NCBI GenBank assembly: GCA_963752385.1
Contig: CAVVYL010000044.1
Coordinates: 192,062-256,061 of the forward strand
Reading direction: 5' to 3'
Source of the DNA: an uncultured Acidimicrobiia bacterium
Lineage (GTDB): Bacteria; Acidobacteriota; Terriglobia; Versatilivoradales; Versatilivoraceae
DNA: 64,000 nucleotides
This document shows positions 10,788 to 20,370 of this stretch, one piece after another (the stretch's first letter is position 1; every line of letters begins with the position of its first letter). The notes beneath the pieces are model-generated. The model did no database searches. It was not told where the DNA came from and worked only from the letters and a program-made list of their open reading frames with translations. Position numbers and translations under genes: made by a program.

Positions 10788-12335
10788 TCAGACCGAGTTC
10801 GGCAGTGCCGATTGGGCACGCAGATGGCTCAGCAGCCGGTCCGCGCACTGCTCGCCACGGTGGACGCAGTCGGGAATCCCAACACCTGCATAGGCATTCC
10901 CGGCCAGCTGAAGAGTCGGGAATGGCTGGATGCTCCTGTCGATTTGGTCAATCAGAGTGAGATGTCCAACGCGATATTGGGCCATCGCCAGAGGGTGCCG
11001 CTCGACTTGAGTGAAGAGCGGTGCCAGCTGGATTCCGAGAAGATCACGAAGGTTGTGCCGGACAATGCGGATGATGTCGGCGTCGCCGTACTCAAACGCT
11101 TTCGGCTGCAGCGCTCCGCCGACAAAAGCCCGTAACAGAGCGAACCCTTGAGGAGCGCGGGCGGCAAACTTCATATGGGAAAAGGTGCAGGCGAGGATCT
11201 CGCGCTTCTCGATGGCTGGTACGACGAATCCAAAACCTTCTAAGACTCTGGGAATGTCCTTCAGTCGATATGCCAGATTCACGGTAGCAGTCGAGGCATA
11301 ACGGATGCTCCGCAGCCTTTCGGCAACCGTGGCATCGAGGCTTTCCACCAGACTTGCCGATTGATAGGCCGCCAGAGCTAAACAGAGGGCATCTGCCTGA
11401 AATTCTGCGCCGCCATTTGTCCTCAAGAACCACTGGCGCGATGGGCAGTCGAAACGTACGCCTGTCAACCGGGAGTGGAGTCGAATTGACTCTGCCGGCA
11501 GTTTGGTCCGGAGGGCATCCACGATCTGGCGCATTCCCCTGCTCAGGGAAACAAACAGGCTGTAGCGCGGTGCTCCAGGCTGATGGCTCTGCGGCTGCCG
11601 CAGCTTGCGACCTTGGCGCAACATGGCCAAAATGACGCTACGGTGCTGGCGCTCCATTTCCAGGAAGCGCGGCATCGATGCCCTCAAACTAAGTTCTTCG
11701 GGATCGGCAGTGTAAATGCCGCCTACCATTGGTTGTGCCATTCGCTCCAGCACCTCCTGGCCCAACCGACGTCGGACGAAGCTGGCGAGACTTTCGTCCT
11801 GATTCTCGGATTCTTTCTGTATCTTCGGGATAAATAGGTCGGCCAACATACGAGCCTTACCAGTCCAGCTGAAAATGCGGGTGGTCACGAGTGGCCAGAG
11901 CCGGGTCGGCGCCATGAGATAGAAGCCATCCGGGACTGGATGTAGTTTTCCTCTGAGCGCTATGAAACTGCGCCGGTTGGTTTCTTCCGTACCGACGAGT
12001 CGAGGTTCAAGTCCGAGGCGTTGGCACAACGTTAAGGCCCAAGGCTTTTCCGAGATGAACGAGTCCGGTCCACCCTCAAGAATGAAACCGTCGCGCTCGA
12101 CCGTTTCGATAACACCACCCAAACGGTTGCTGGCTTCCAGCAACACCAATTCGACGGGGAAACTCATTCTGCGGCTTTCTTCGAGAATACGGTGCGCGGC
12201 CGCCAGACCAGAAATGCCGCCACCAGCAACCACAACGCGAGGGATGGAGGAACTGGGAGGACTCATGTGAGGCTCTAGGCCCCTGTGTCTGGTTGACCTG
12301 GTCGCACCCAATGAGAACATCAGGAATGCGGACAA
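10788..12335 (-). CDS. hemY: protoporphyrinogen oxidase-like FAD-dependent amine oxidase
   Basis: N-terminal dinucleotide-binding fold VVVAGGGISGLAAAHRIL...LLEASNRLGGVIETV...GGPDSF and C-terminal NAYAGVGIPDCVHRGEQ match HemY/PPOX conserved blocks. No neighbouring haem genes, so the hemY symbol is only moderately supported. Confidence 0.6.
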   Translation of the reverse strand: MSAFLMFSLGATRSTRHRGLEPHMSPPSSSIPRVVVAGGGISGLAAAHRILEESRRMSFPVELVLLEASNRLGGVIETVERDGFILEGGPDSFISEKPWALTLCQRLGLEPRLVGTEETNRRSFIALRGKLHPVPDGFYLMAPTRLWPLVTTRIFSWTGKARMLADLFIPKIQKESENQDESLASFVRRRLGQEVLERMAQPMVGGIYTADPEELSLRASMPRFLEMERQHRSVILAMLRQGRKLRQPQSHQPGAPRYSLFVSLSRGMRQIVDALRTKLPAESIRLHSRLTGVRFDCPSRQWFLRTNGGAEFQADALCLALAAYQSASLVESLDATVAERLRSIRYASTATVNLAYRLKDIPRVLEGFGFVVPAIEKREILACTFSHMKFAARAPQGFALLRAFVGGALQPKAFEYGDADIIRIVRHNLRDLLGIQLAPLFTQVERHPLAMAQYRVGHLTLIDQIDRSIQPFPTLQLAGNAYAGVGIPDCVHRGEQCADRLLSHLRAQSALPNSV

Positions 12336-13313
12336 GGCTCAAATCCAATCAAGACTTGGTGTCCAGCTCAAGGGAATCTTAAGCAGTGTGTTCGGATGGC
12401 TTTCCCAGTGCGCCGGCCCAGACCTGACAGACCTTGACATGATCACAGATCAGGGCCGATCGGAGCAAGGAGAACCTCGGGTTCAAGGCCGGAGAACCCG
12501 CTTCACGCGAGGTTATTCGCCCTTTTAATAAAGTGAAGTCAAGCCGTAAGAGAAGTGTTGCGCAGGCTTTCCAGCCTACCTTTGAAGTTTGGACATTTTT
12601 CAGAAAGCCTGCTACCCGATATCATCCACTTGCTGGAAAGGAAGTGGGCCGGGAGTACGATCACCCTCGCGTTCGCTTCGCAAGCGCTGTCACCCCCTTT
12701 TCCAAAGGCGACTTTGGAGGAACCTGGGAAGTGACAGAGCGCCGGCGCATCGCAGATGTCCACCCATACTACCGACGATCCCTGTTAGGAAGGTGTTCTA
12801 CCGTTCGAAGGTTGTGGAAGCGGCGGGGCCTTTTCTGGTCTTCTGAAGGAGGACCAAAACGGCCCCTCGCCGAGCTGTGGAGGGAACGCGTTGGACTGAT
12901 TTGAGGAAGGACTTACCTTCTGGAGAGGGCAACCTCGATTGCCACATATTCTGAAATAGTGGCGTCATTCTAGGAATCGAGTCTGGCTAAAGCAACTCGC
13001 AAAACTACGAGGGGGGCACGTCTGGCGAGTCAATTCCACCATCTAGGATCCCGGTCTTCCCGCTGTGGGCTCATGAAAAAGAACCAGCGACGATGCTAAG
13101 ATACGTGGCTTCAACAACCTAGCTCCCTAAGACCACCGCCAAACAGGGATGCCAGGGGGAGCGGAGATAACGATGGAGGTAGTGCGGTATAAAGTGTGTA
13201 AAGCTGGCAAGAAAGAGAGGCGGCTGAGAGCTCCAGAAGTGATATAAAGCTTTTGTCCAAAACCTAAATCACTGAAAGGAGAACAACCGCCATGCTGAAA
13301 TATTAACATTGAA

Positions 13314-14520
13314 GTGGAAAGCCCACAGCAGCGCTTAAAGAGGCGAGGGGCCAAGAAGGAGAAGCAATCGCTGAAGCGGCACTTGCTGGAGAAACTGCGC
13401 GAGTGGGTCAATGGGTTGTTGGAAGGGGAGCGGGACGAGTTTCTGGGGCGGGCCCGGTATCAAGGGCTGGATGAGGAGCACGACAACTATCGCAATGGCT
13501 ATCGACCGCGGCGGCTGAACTTTTTCGGACTGGGAGCAGTCGAGCTGAAGGTGCCTCGAGATCGGCAGGGGGAGTTTGAATCGGCCTGGCTGCCGGAGCG
13601 CAAGGCTCAGGATCCCGAGACCGAAGCCTTCTTAGCCGAAGCTTTTCTGGCGGGTTTATCGACCCGTGATTTGGCGCGGATCTCGGAGAAGCACCTGGGC
13701 AGAGATACGATTCCAAGCAGGTGTCGCGGATCTTGGGGCGTGCGACGACCGAGCTGGAAGCCTGGCGCCAGCGGCCGTTAGGAGAAGTGGGGTACAAGTT
13801 TCTCTACGTCGATGGGGCCAACTTTCGAGTGCGGATCAACGGAGTCGTGAGTCGCCAGAGTTTCTGCGCGGTGCTTGGTGTCAGCGAGCAGAACCAATGT
13901 TTTGAAGTGCTGGCTCTGGAGATGGGCGACCGGGAACGAGTCGACCTGTGGGAGAGCGTTTTTACCAGCTTGGTGCAGAGAGGTTTCCCAACTGAGGCCG
14001 TGGAGCTGGGCATCATGGATGGATTGCCAGGACTGGAAGCTGTCTTTAAGCGCTTTTTCCCTCGGGCGCAGACGCAGCGTTGCCAGAAGCATGCCAGGGC
14101 CAACGCCTGTCGGCGGGTGCGAGTCAAAGAGCGAGAAGCGTTCTCCAAAGACGTCAACAAGATCCTCTACGCCTCCAGTGAGAGCGCCGCCGGTGTGGCT
14201 TTTTTCGCCTTGAAAGAGCAGGGGGCCGGTTGTTTCCCACGGCGGTCCAGATTCTGGAACGGAACCTGGATTCGCTGCTGACGTTCTTTCAATTCGACTC
14301 GACCTACTGGACCAGCTTGGGCACCACCAATCCCATTGAACGGCTCAACAAAGAATTCAAACGGAGAACGAAAGCGATGGAAGTAACCGGAGGAGAGATC
14401 TCCACCTATCGTTGCTTAGCTTATGTTGCCCAAACGATGGAGTACCGTTGGAGCTTTCATCCCCTCTCTCAATGGTCGGCCATTTTTGACCGCAAATCGT
14501 GGAGCAGGGAATCCCAACCG
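13314..14520 (+). pseudogene. IS256-family (Mutator-type) transposase split over three reading frames (two frameshifts)
   Basis: ORFs 13314..13781, 13721..14281 and 14230..14601 sit in three different frames. Together they reconstitute an IS256-like transposase, from the N-terminal ELKVPRDRQGEFE block through the QRCQKH catalytic-domain motif to the C-terminal NPIERLNKEFKRRTK block. Confidence 0.7.
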
Positions 14521-14686
14521 TCCTGCTTGCTGCAGGCAGCGTTTTTGCCCGCCCTTGGAGACAGCAGCGCCTTCCAAGGTTGGACGCCACAAGCTTCGTG
14601 AATCTGTGTTGGTGATATCGGATATCGTCGTGATTACAACGCCGCTCAACGTGTCCTCGACGAGATCGCCTGGGCCGACCGCCACG

Positions 14687-16219
14687 ATGACGCCATTCTC
14701 TACGTTCGCCCTGCTGTACATGACGGCTATCTTCCTCGAGCTGGGGGAGAGGTGGAGGTATCCCTATTTCACGCTCGGGACCCTGCTGCTAACCGTGCTT
14801 TTCGTCTCGACCGGCATCACCCGCATCACCTTCCTGATCTTTCTGGGGATCACCACTTCGCACTTCCTCCTTGTTCAGTTCCCCGACGTGGCCAACCACG
14901 TGAACATTGCCATCTACTGCAACCTCGTTATGATATTTGGGATCGTCTACTCGCTGGTCCGGATCCGCGACTTTCCTGCTGACGACGATTGTTTCGAGCT
15001 GATGCGGCCCGTGCTTCGGGGAAGCCTGATCCTAGTGTACGTGATGGCCGGCTTCCACAAGCTGAACGCCGACTTCTTCGACCCCACCGTTTCTTGCGGC
15101 GGTAAAATGCTCGGCGACCTGGCCCGCATGGCGAGGACCACTCCCCTCGGTATTCCAACAGGGCTTGTTTTCGCCGCGGCGATCCTAGCTGTCGGGCATC
15201 GGCTTCTCTCCTCGAGCCCGCTCCGGCGCCATCTCCCGGTCCTCGCCGGGGTGGGAGTCCTCGGCTTCGGCGTCCTGGCGGCAGTAATCGTCCTGAAGCC
15301 ATACCCGCCGGATGCGACCGCCCTGCTGGTTCTGGCGATGGCGGTGGTGGTGACCGTGTGGGAGCTTGTCGGCGGGCTGCTGCTCGCGATTCCCAGGCTC
15401 CAGGCGCCGGTGCTGGCCTTTTCGTGGACCATGCACGCAACGCTGGCCCTCATCGGCTTCGTGGACTTCGGGGCTCTCGCTCTCGCGCTGCTCTTCACCT
15501 TCGTTCCGCAGCCCTATCGCGACACCTTGAGCGATAGTCTTCGGCTGCCCATCGTCCGTCGCCCGCTGACCCGGGTTCACGTCTACTTCGCCATCAACCT
15601 CGCGGCGGGTGTGATCTCGGGTCTCGCAAGCGGGTTCGCCGCAGCGCTGCTCTTCAACCTGGCCGCCCTCGTCTTCATCTGGCCCCTGCTATCCGCCGCT
15701 GTGGCGGCCCGGCCGAGACCCGCGTGGACCGGTGTGTCCCTGTCGAGCCGGATGACGCCGAAGTGGATGCTCGTTCTTCCCGCTCTATTGGTGCTGCACG
15801 GCATTACCTCATACGTCGGGCTGCGCACGGCCGGTAACTTCTCCATGTTCAGCAACCTGCGGACCGAGGGACCGCTGTCCAACCACTTCCTTCTCGGCGG
15901 CAATCCCCTGAAGCGCTGGGGCTACCAGGAAGACGTGGTCCACTTCATCCACATCGACGACCGGCGGGCCAGGATCGGCTACCAGTATCAGGCGCTGCAG
16001 GGGAACCGGCTGCCGGTCGTGGAATTCAGGAAGCTGATCTACCGATGGACCAGGGCAGGAGCGACGATTCCCATCACCTTCGAGTATCGGGGCAAGGTCC
16101 ATTCGACGGAAGACATCGCAAACGATCCGGCCTGGCGCACGGACGCCTGGGACTGGGAGATGCGGCTCCTGGATTTCCGGGTCATCCAGCCCGACGGACC
16201 GAATCGCTGCCGGTGGTGA
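14687..16219 (+). CDS. polytopic inner-membrane protein (about 10 predicted TM helices) with ~150 aa C-terminal soluble domain; function unknown
   Basis: Long hydrophobic segments from MTPFSTFALLYMTAIFLELG onward. Start set at ATG 14687, since the upstream part of ORF 14423..16219 is low-complexity and overlaps the IS256 remnant. C-terminal domain has no motif I recognise. Confidence 0.55.
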   Translation: MTPFSTFALLYMTAIFLELGERWRYPYFTLGTLLLTVLFVSTGITRITFLIFLGITTSHFLLVQFPDVANHVNIAIYCNLVMIFGIVYSLVRIRDFPADDDCFELMRPVLRGSLILVYVMAGFHKLNADFFDPTVSCGGKMLGDLARMARTTPLGIPTGLVFAAAILAVGHRLLSSSPLRRHLPVLAGVGVLGFGVLAAVIVLKPYPPDATALLVLAMAVVVTVWELVGGLLLAIPRLQAPVLAFSWTMHATLALIGFVDFGALALALLFTFVPQPYRDTLSDSLRLPIVRRPLTRVHVYFAINLAAGVISGLASGFAAALLFNLAALVFIWPLLSAAVAARPRPAWTGVSLSSRMTPKWMLVLPALLVLHGITSYVGLRTAGNFSMFSNLRTEGPLSNHFLLGGNPLKRWGYQEDVVHFIHIDDRRARIGYQYQALQGNRLPVVEFRKLIYRWTRAGATIPITFEYRGKVHSTEDIANDPAWRTDAWDWEMRLLDFRVIQPDGPNRCRW

Positions 16220-16776
16220 GCGTCGTGACCGACATTCTCGAGACGTTAACTAATTTTATTACTCCCGGCTCTGTGTTTCGGTGTCTTCAAGTCTTATCGG
16301 AGGAATTCTGCTAAATGCTAGGCGTCACGATAGTGCTCTGGGGGAGCTACGCGTTAGTTGTCGACCTCGAGTCTAGAATCTTGGTCCGAATCTCGGACCA
16401 TTGGTTGCGGGAGGACAAGGCAACTCGGTTAGACCTGCTCATGGCGGCGGAACAGCCAACGAGAGAACCAGCGCCGGTTACGGGCCACAACCCAGTATCC
16501 GGCGTCGACAATCCAGAGAAGGGGAATTATGGAAAGAACGGCAGCCAATTTCCTCCACCCGATCAAATCTAAAACATAAAGACTGGCGCGACCACCGGCA
16601 AGCACCACACCATTGGGAGTGATGAGATGGACGCGAATGAATGCAGATGAACGCACATTTCAAGAGAGTTGAACTGTGGGTCAAGCGGCTGCTAAACTAG
16701 ATCGATCCTGGCCTTCCGGCTGCATCGAACAATTTTCCATGTGAAGTCCAGGCCATTCTGTAGTAGGAGGTCAGCC

Positions 16777-16791
16777 TATACCAAGGTATAA
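16777..16791. promoter_or_regulatory. inverted-repeat motif TATACC-AA-GGTATA(A) overlapping a TATAAT -10-like hexamer. Second copy at 24574..24588 in opposite orientation
   Basis: Exact 15-mer TATACCAAGGTATAA at 16777..16791. Its reverse complement is at 24574..24588 (TTATACCTTGGTATA). Both are intergenic, ~270 bp upstream of the sortase gene and ~170 bp upstream of the orphan receiver gene. Confidence 0.3.
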
Positions 16792-17059
16792 TCCGTCGAT
16801 ACTAACAGACAATCGCCAGCTGTGTCCGACTGAAACTATGATTTACCCGGATATCGAGAGCAGCCCAGTGCTCAGGAGGGATGAGATCCCCTGGCTAATT
16901 CCAGTCACGAGCCGGTTCACGCATCTTAGGGTGTGCAGAACCTCGGTCGGCAGCTAGCGGCTCTACTGGCATGGTCATCTTTTCGAGTACGGCTTCCCTC
17001 TGGTATGACGACGCGTCGCGGCAGCTCGCTGGTTCAGGAAGGGAACCTAACCACTTCTC

Positions 17060-17764
17060 GTGTCACACAGAACTTTAATCCACCAGAAGCCAAGCTCCAG
17101 GCAGGGTTTGAAATGGATGCTCAAAATTGAGCGGCTTTTACTGCTCTCCGGAACGGTGCTCATGCTTGTTTATGCCGGAGTGATTCTTTATGGGCTGATT
17201 GGGTCTCGCATTGAGCTGCGAAGATTTAGGGCGATTCAACAGCGCGCGGCGCTCTCAGGCAACCATTCCGAAAGGCGGCAGCTGCTGTCCCCTGAAGTCG
17301 ACTTTAGCCTCTGGTCTGAGAAAAGAATCGTGGCTTTCGAAAAGAGCATGTCCAAGCAATTCCCACTTCCGTTGGCGGTGCTGCGGGTCCCCAAGATTCA
17401 TCTTGAGGTGCCAGTTCTGGATGGAACCGACGATCTGACACTGAACCGGGCCGTCGGGCGGATCATCGGAACAGCCCGCCTAGGCGAACGAGGCAATATG
17501 GGCATCGCGGGTCACCGAGATGGATTCTTTCGAGGTTTGAAGGAGATCGCGGCTGGAGACGTCGTTGAGTTAGATACCCCGAGCTATACGGTGCCGTACG
17601 TCGTGGGCAGGGTCCAGATTGTGAACCCAGATGACGTTCATATATTGGAAGACAAATCTGTTGCTCTGACGCTCGTCACCTGCTACCCGTTCTACTTTGT
17701 TGGTGACGCACCGCAGCGCTACATCGTTCAATGCTTTTTGAAACAGGATCCAAAGCAAGATTGA
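17060..17764 (+). CDS. sortase-family transpeptidase (N-terminal membrane anchor). The real start is probably ATG 17117 (MLKIERLLLL)
   Basis: Catalytic triad context: His in GIAGHRDGFFRGL, Cys in LTLVTCYPFYF (TLxTC motif), Arg in APQRYIVQ. N-terminal TM helix LLLLSGTVLMLVYAGVILYGL. Confidence 0.7.
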   Translation: MSHRTLIHQKPSSRQGLKWMLKIERLLLLSGTVLMLVYAGVILYGLIGSRIELRRFRAIQQRAALSGNHSERRQLLSPEVDFSLWSEKRIVAFEKSMSKQFPLPLAVLRVPKIHLEVPVLDGTDDLTLNRAVGRIIGTARLGERGNMGIAGHRDGFFRGLKEIAAGDVVELDTPSYTVPYVVGRVQIVNPDDVHILEDKSVALTLVTCYPFYFVGDAPQRYIVQCFLKQDPKQD

Positions 17765-18171
17765 TGCAGGTCGACCAGTCCACGAGTCTAGCCAGATCCC
17801 GCCAGGCCGGAAACCCGCATGGAACCTGACGCCTAGCACCAACACGTTCTTGCCTTGACTTGCCCGTCATCTCCTGCACCCGTTTCTTGTTGCATACCTA
17901 TCAGCGTTGAAGAAATCCTCCGGCTAACAGTGGGGAGCGCGCCGCAGGATGCGAGTCGGTTCGAAGGGGCGCCGTTTGAAGGCCGACGGGAGCCGACACA
18001 GCGGCCGGCTCCCTAAAAACAAAATCTCACAGCAATCATGGCCCCGGGGGGCCACAACGCGGGATGAATTGGCTGCGCCAAGCTCGGTTACGTGATCTAT
18101 AGGAATCAGTGAGTTACAGCTCTATTTCAGAAGAGCACTTGGCAGAAACGGAAAGGTTTCCGCCCTGGATC

Positions 18172-19152
18172 TTAGCTGCTAGCCGCGCTCTTCTTGGCAG
18201 GAAGAGTAATACTGACCGGCTCGGCTAACTGGAAGTCGAGTTTGGTTTCAGACGGCACCTGAACCTCTTTCCCGTGAGTCAGCAACTGCGCAGCCGCTCC
18301 AGCTCCCGCTCCAACACCCGCTCCTATGGCAGCGCCCTTTCCGCCTCCTGCAATCGCGCCAATGGCGGTTCCTACGGCGGCGCCAATGCCAACCCGCTTC
18401 GCCGTTTGCTTGCCGCGTGAGTCGCCCACGGCTTGGTAGGAGCTGCTAGCGAGCGGATAAGACTTGCCATGGGCACGAATTCCCGTCAGCTGCAACTCGA
18501 GTTCGCTGCTGCCTTTCATTTTTCCCGATGCCTTCGCCCGAGTGAGCGCTACGGCGACATCCGCTCCCTTGGGAACTACCACGCTCTCGTCCACGACAAT
18601 CGGCGCATCGAGCGAAGCCGCAAAAGTCTGTCCCACTTGATTCTGCTTGGAGTTCACGGAATCGATCATTTGGATTCTCACTGACGTGCCAGCCGGAACT
18701 GTGACAACGCGCGGCGGTGGGGGCGCAGCCTTCTTGACCACGGGCTTTGGTTCAACTGGCGGGGGGGGTGGAGGGGCCGCCTCGGCTGGCGGCTTGGCCG
18801 ACTCGATTCCAGCCGGAGCTTGAGCGTCTAACCCAGGTGCCGTCGTTGCAGCTGCCTGGGGAGTGCTGAGTTGCATCTGATCGTTGACCTTCTTCACCCC
18901 AGGCGTTTCGATGGCTAGTTGATATGCCTTCAATCGCGCAGCGTCACTCGAAACCTGCCCGGCCAGGGTAACCTCTCCATCTTTCACTGCGATATCAATG
19001 GGCTCACTCTTCACCTGTGTATCAGAGAAATAGCGACCCTTGAGAGCAGCATTGATTTCCTCGTCAGACGGCCCTCTCGAACAGGCTGTCCAGGAGAACA
19101 GCAGGCATAATGTCAGGATCGCTCCCAACCAGTGTCTTGGACTTTGTCTCAT
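18172..19152 (-). CDS. lipoprotein with N-terminal BON domain, Pro-rich linker and C-terminal glycine-zipper segment
   Basis: Signal/lipobox LLFSWTAC. BON-like block VKDGEVTLAGQVSSDAARLKAYQLAIETPGVKKVNDQMQL. Linker PPAEAAPPPPPPVEPKP. Glycine zipper GIGAAVGTAIGAIAGGGKGAAIGAGVGAGAGAAA. Confidence 0.7.
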   Translation of the reverse strand: MRQSPRHWLGAILTLCLLFSWTACSRGPSDEEINAALKGRYFSDTQVKSEPIDIAVKDGEVTLAGQVSSDAARLKAYQLAIETPGVKKVNDQMQLSTPQAAATTAPGLDAQAPAGIESAKPPAEAAPPPPPPVEPKPVVKKAAPPPPRVVTVPAGTSVRIQMIDSVNSKQNQVGQTFAASLDAPIVVDESVVVPKGADVAVALTRAKASGKMKGSSELELQLTGIRAHGKSYPLASSSYQAVGDSRGKQTAKRVGIGAAVGTAIGAIAGGGKGAAIGAGVGAGAGAAAQLLTHGKEVQVPSETKLDFQLAEPVSITLPAKKSAASS

Positions 19153-19686
19153 TGGATTCCTCCCTTTTACTCGTGCCCCTGTCAGCTATCCACAGACCTA
19201 GGGACTCTATGACTCTTTGACTTTTGAGTACTTGTTCAATAGCTCGCCGAGCGGCCTCACGAGGTCTGGCGGTTGAACCTCTACTCAGGACTTGTTGCGA
19301 TGTCACGGCCTTCCTGTGGATCGGCTTCTTGTCGTCAGTTTCCTGCCTTAGTGTCGAAACCTCCAGAGAAATACCGGCGAAAGCGCCGCGAGAACTATAG
19401 GTATTCTGCTGTGCCTTTTCTCAGTAGATCATCAAGTATCGCCTTTTTCAGGCGTCGCCATTACGTCATCCAATACGTTGGCTGCCGTGTCGCATCGTTC
19501 AACGGCTTCTCCGCAGCGTTCAATGATGCCACCATCATAATGACGCACGTCACTGCGATCAACAGATATGTTTCGGTCTCAACATTCTCTGGAAAAGCTG
19601 GCTATTGCCGGTGACATCCGAGCCTTCTCAGCTGTCTTTCAATGGAGACCGGGTCTCAGATCCTTCAAGAACGGCAGGGATTGGTT

Positions 19687-20370
19687 TCAGGCGGAATGGG
19701 CCATGGCAGCCTTGGCGACCTGCCTGCCATGCGAGTCTCCCGATTTTGCGCTTGGAGAGCCAATGGTGAGTTTTTCTGCCATTCGGACCAGGTCGACCAA
19801 AGACTCTGCTTCCATCTTTTGCATCATCTGACTGCGATGCACCTTCACTGTAACTTCACTCGTCCCCAGTTCCCTCGCTATTTGCTTGTTCAGCAACCCG
19901 GATACAACCAGGTCCAGCACTTCTCGCTCCCGCACCGTTAGTCGATGGTATCGTTCGCGGAGCTGGGCTAACTCGGCCCTCTGCTGCCGGGCCCGGCGGT
20001 CTTGTTCCACTGCCTGCGCGACTGCCTGCAACAGATCCTGATTACGGAATGGCTTGGTGAGAAACTCTACTGCTCCAGCCTTCATTGCCTGCACGGTCAT
20101 GGGGATATCGCCATGACCGGTAAGGAAAATCACTGGAAGGTGAAGGCCGCCAGCGCTTAGTTCCTGCTGCAAGTCCAGCCCGCTCAACCCGGGCAGGCAG
20201 ACATCAAGTATAAGACAGCCCGGCACGTCAGGGCGCTGCGAGCGCAGAAACTCTGTGGCCGTGGCGAAGGTGTGCACGTGTAGGCCGGTCGATTCGATCA
20301 ACCGTTTCACCGCGGCCCGCACCGACATGTCATCATCTATGACGTAAACACTCGCTTTCGGTTCGTTCAT
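19687..20370 (-). CDS. FixJ/NarL-type response regulator (receiver + LuxR-family HTH)
   Basis: Receiver motifs VYVIDDD...LILDVCLPGLSGL...KPF. C-terminal LuxR HTH REREVLDLVVSGLLNKQIARELGTSEVTVKVHRSQMMQKM. 4-bp overlap with the upstream kinase gene. Confidence 0.85.
   Translation of the reverse strand: MNEPKASVYVIDDDMSVRAAVKRLIESTGLHVHTFATATEFLRSQRPDVPGCLILDVCLPGLSGLDLQQELSAGGLHLPVIFLTGHGDIPMTVQAMKAGAVEFLTKPFRNQDLLQAVAQAVEQDRRARQQRAELAQLRERYHRLTVREREVLDLVVSGLLNKQIARELGTSEVTVKVHRSQMMQKMEAESLVDLVRMAEKLTIGSPSAKSGDSHGRQVAKAAMAHSA

Noticed and set aside
16220-17060. Low-GC, ORF-poor gap between the membrane protein and sortase, looked at as a possible ncRNA or CRISPR leader
   Set aside because: No direct repeats, no tRNA-like structure found by eye. 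Only the palindromic TATACCAAGGTATAA motif stands out, and that is reported separately.
17060-19152. Looked for the BON-domain lipoprotein or nearby ORFs as the sortase substrate
   Set aside because: None ends with an LPXTG-like motif + TM + basic tail. The BON protein is a lipoprotein (lipobox Cys) with a C-terminal glycine zipper, not a sorting signal.
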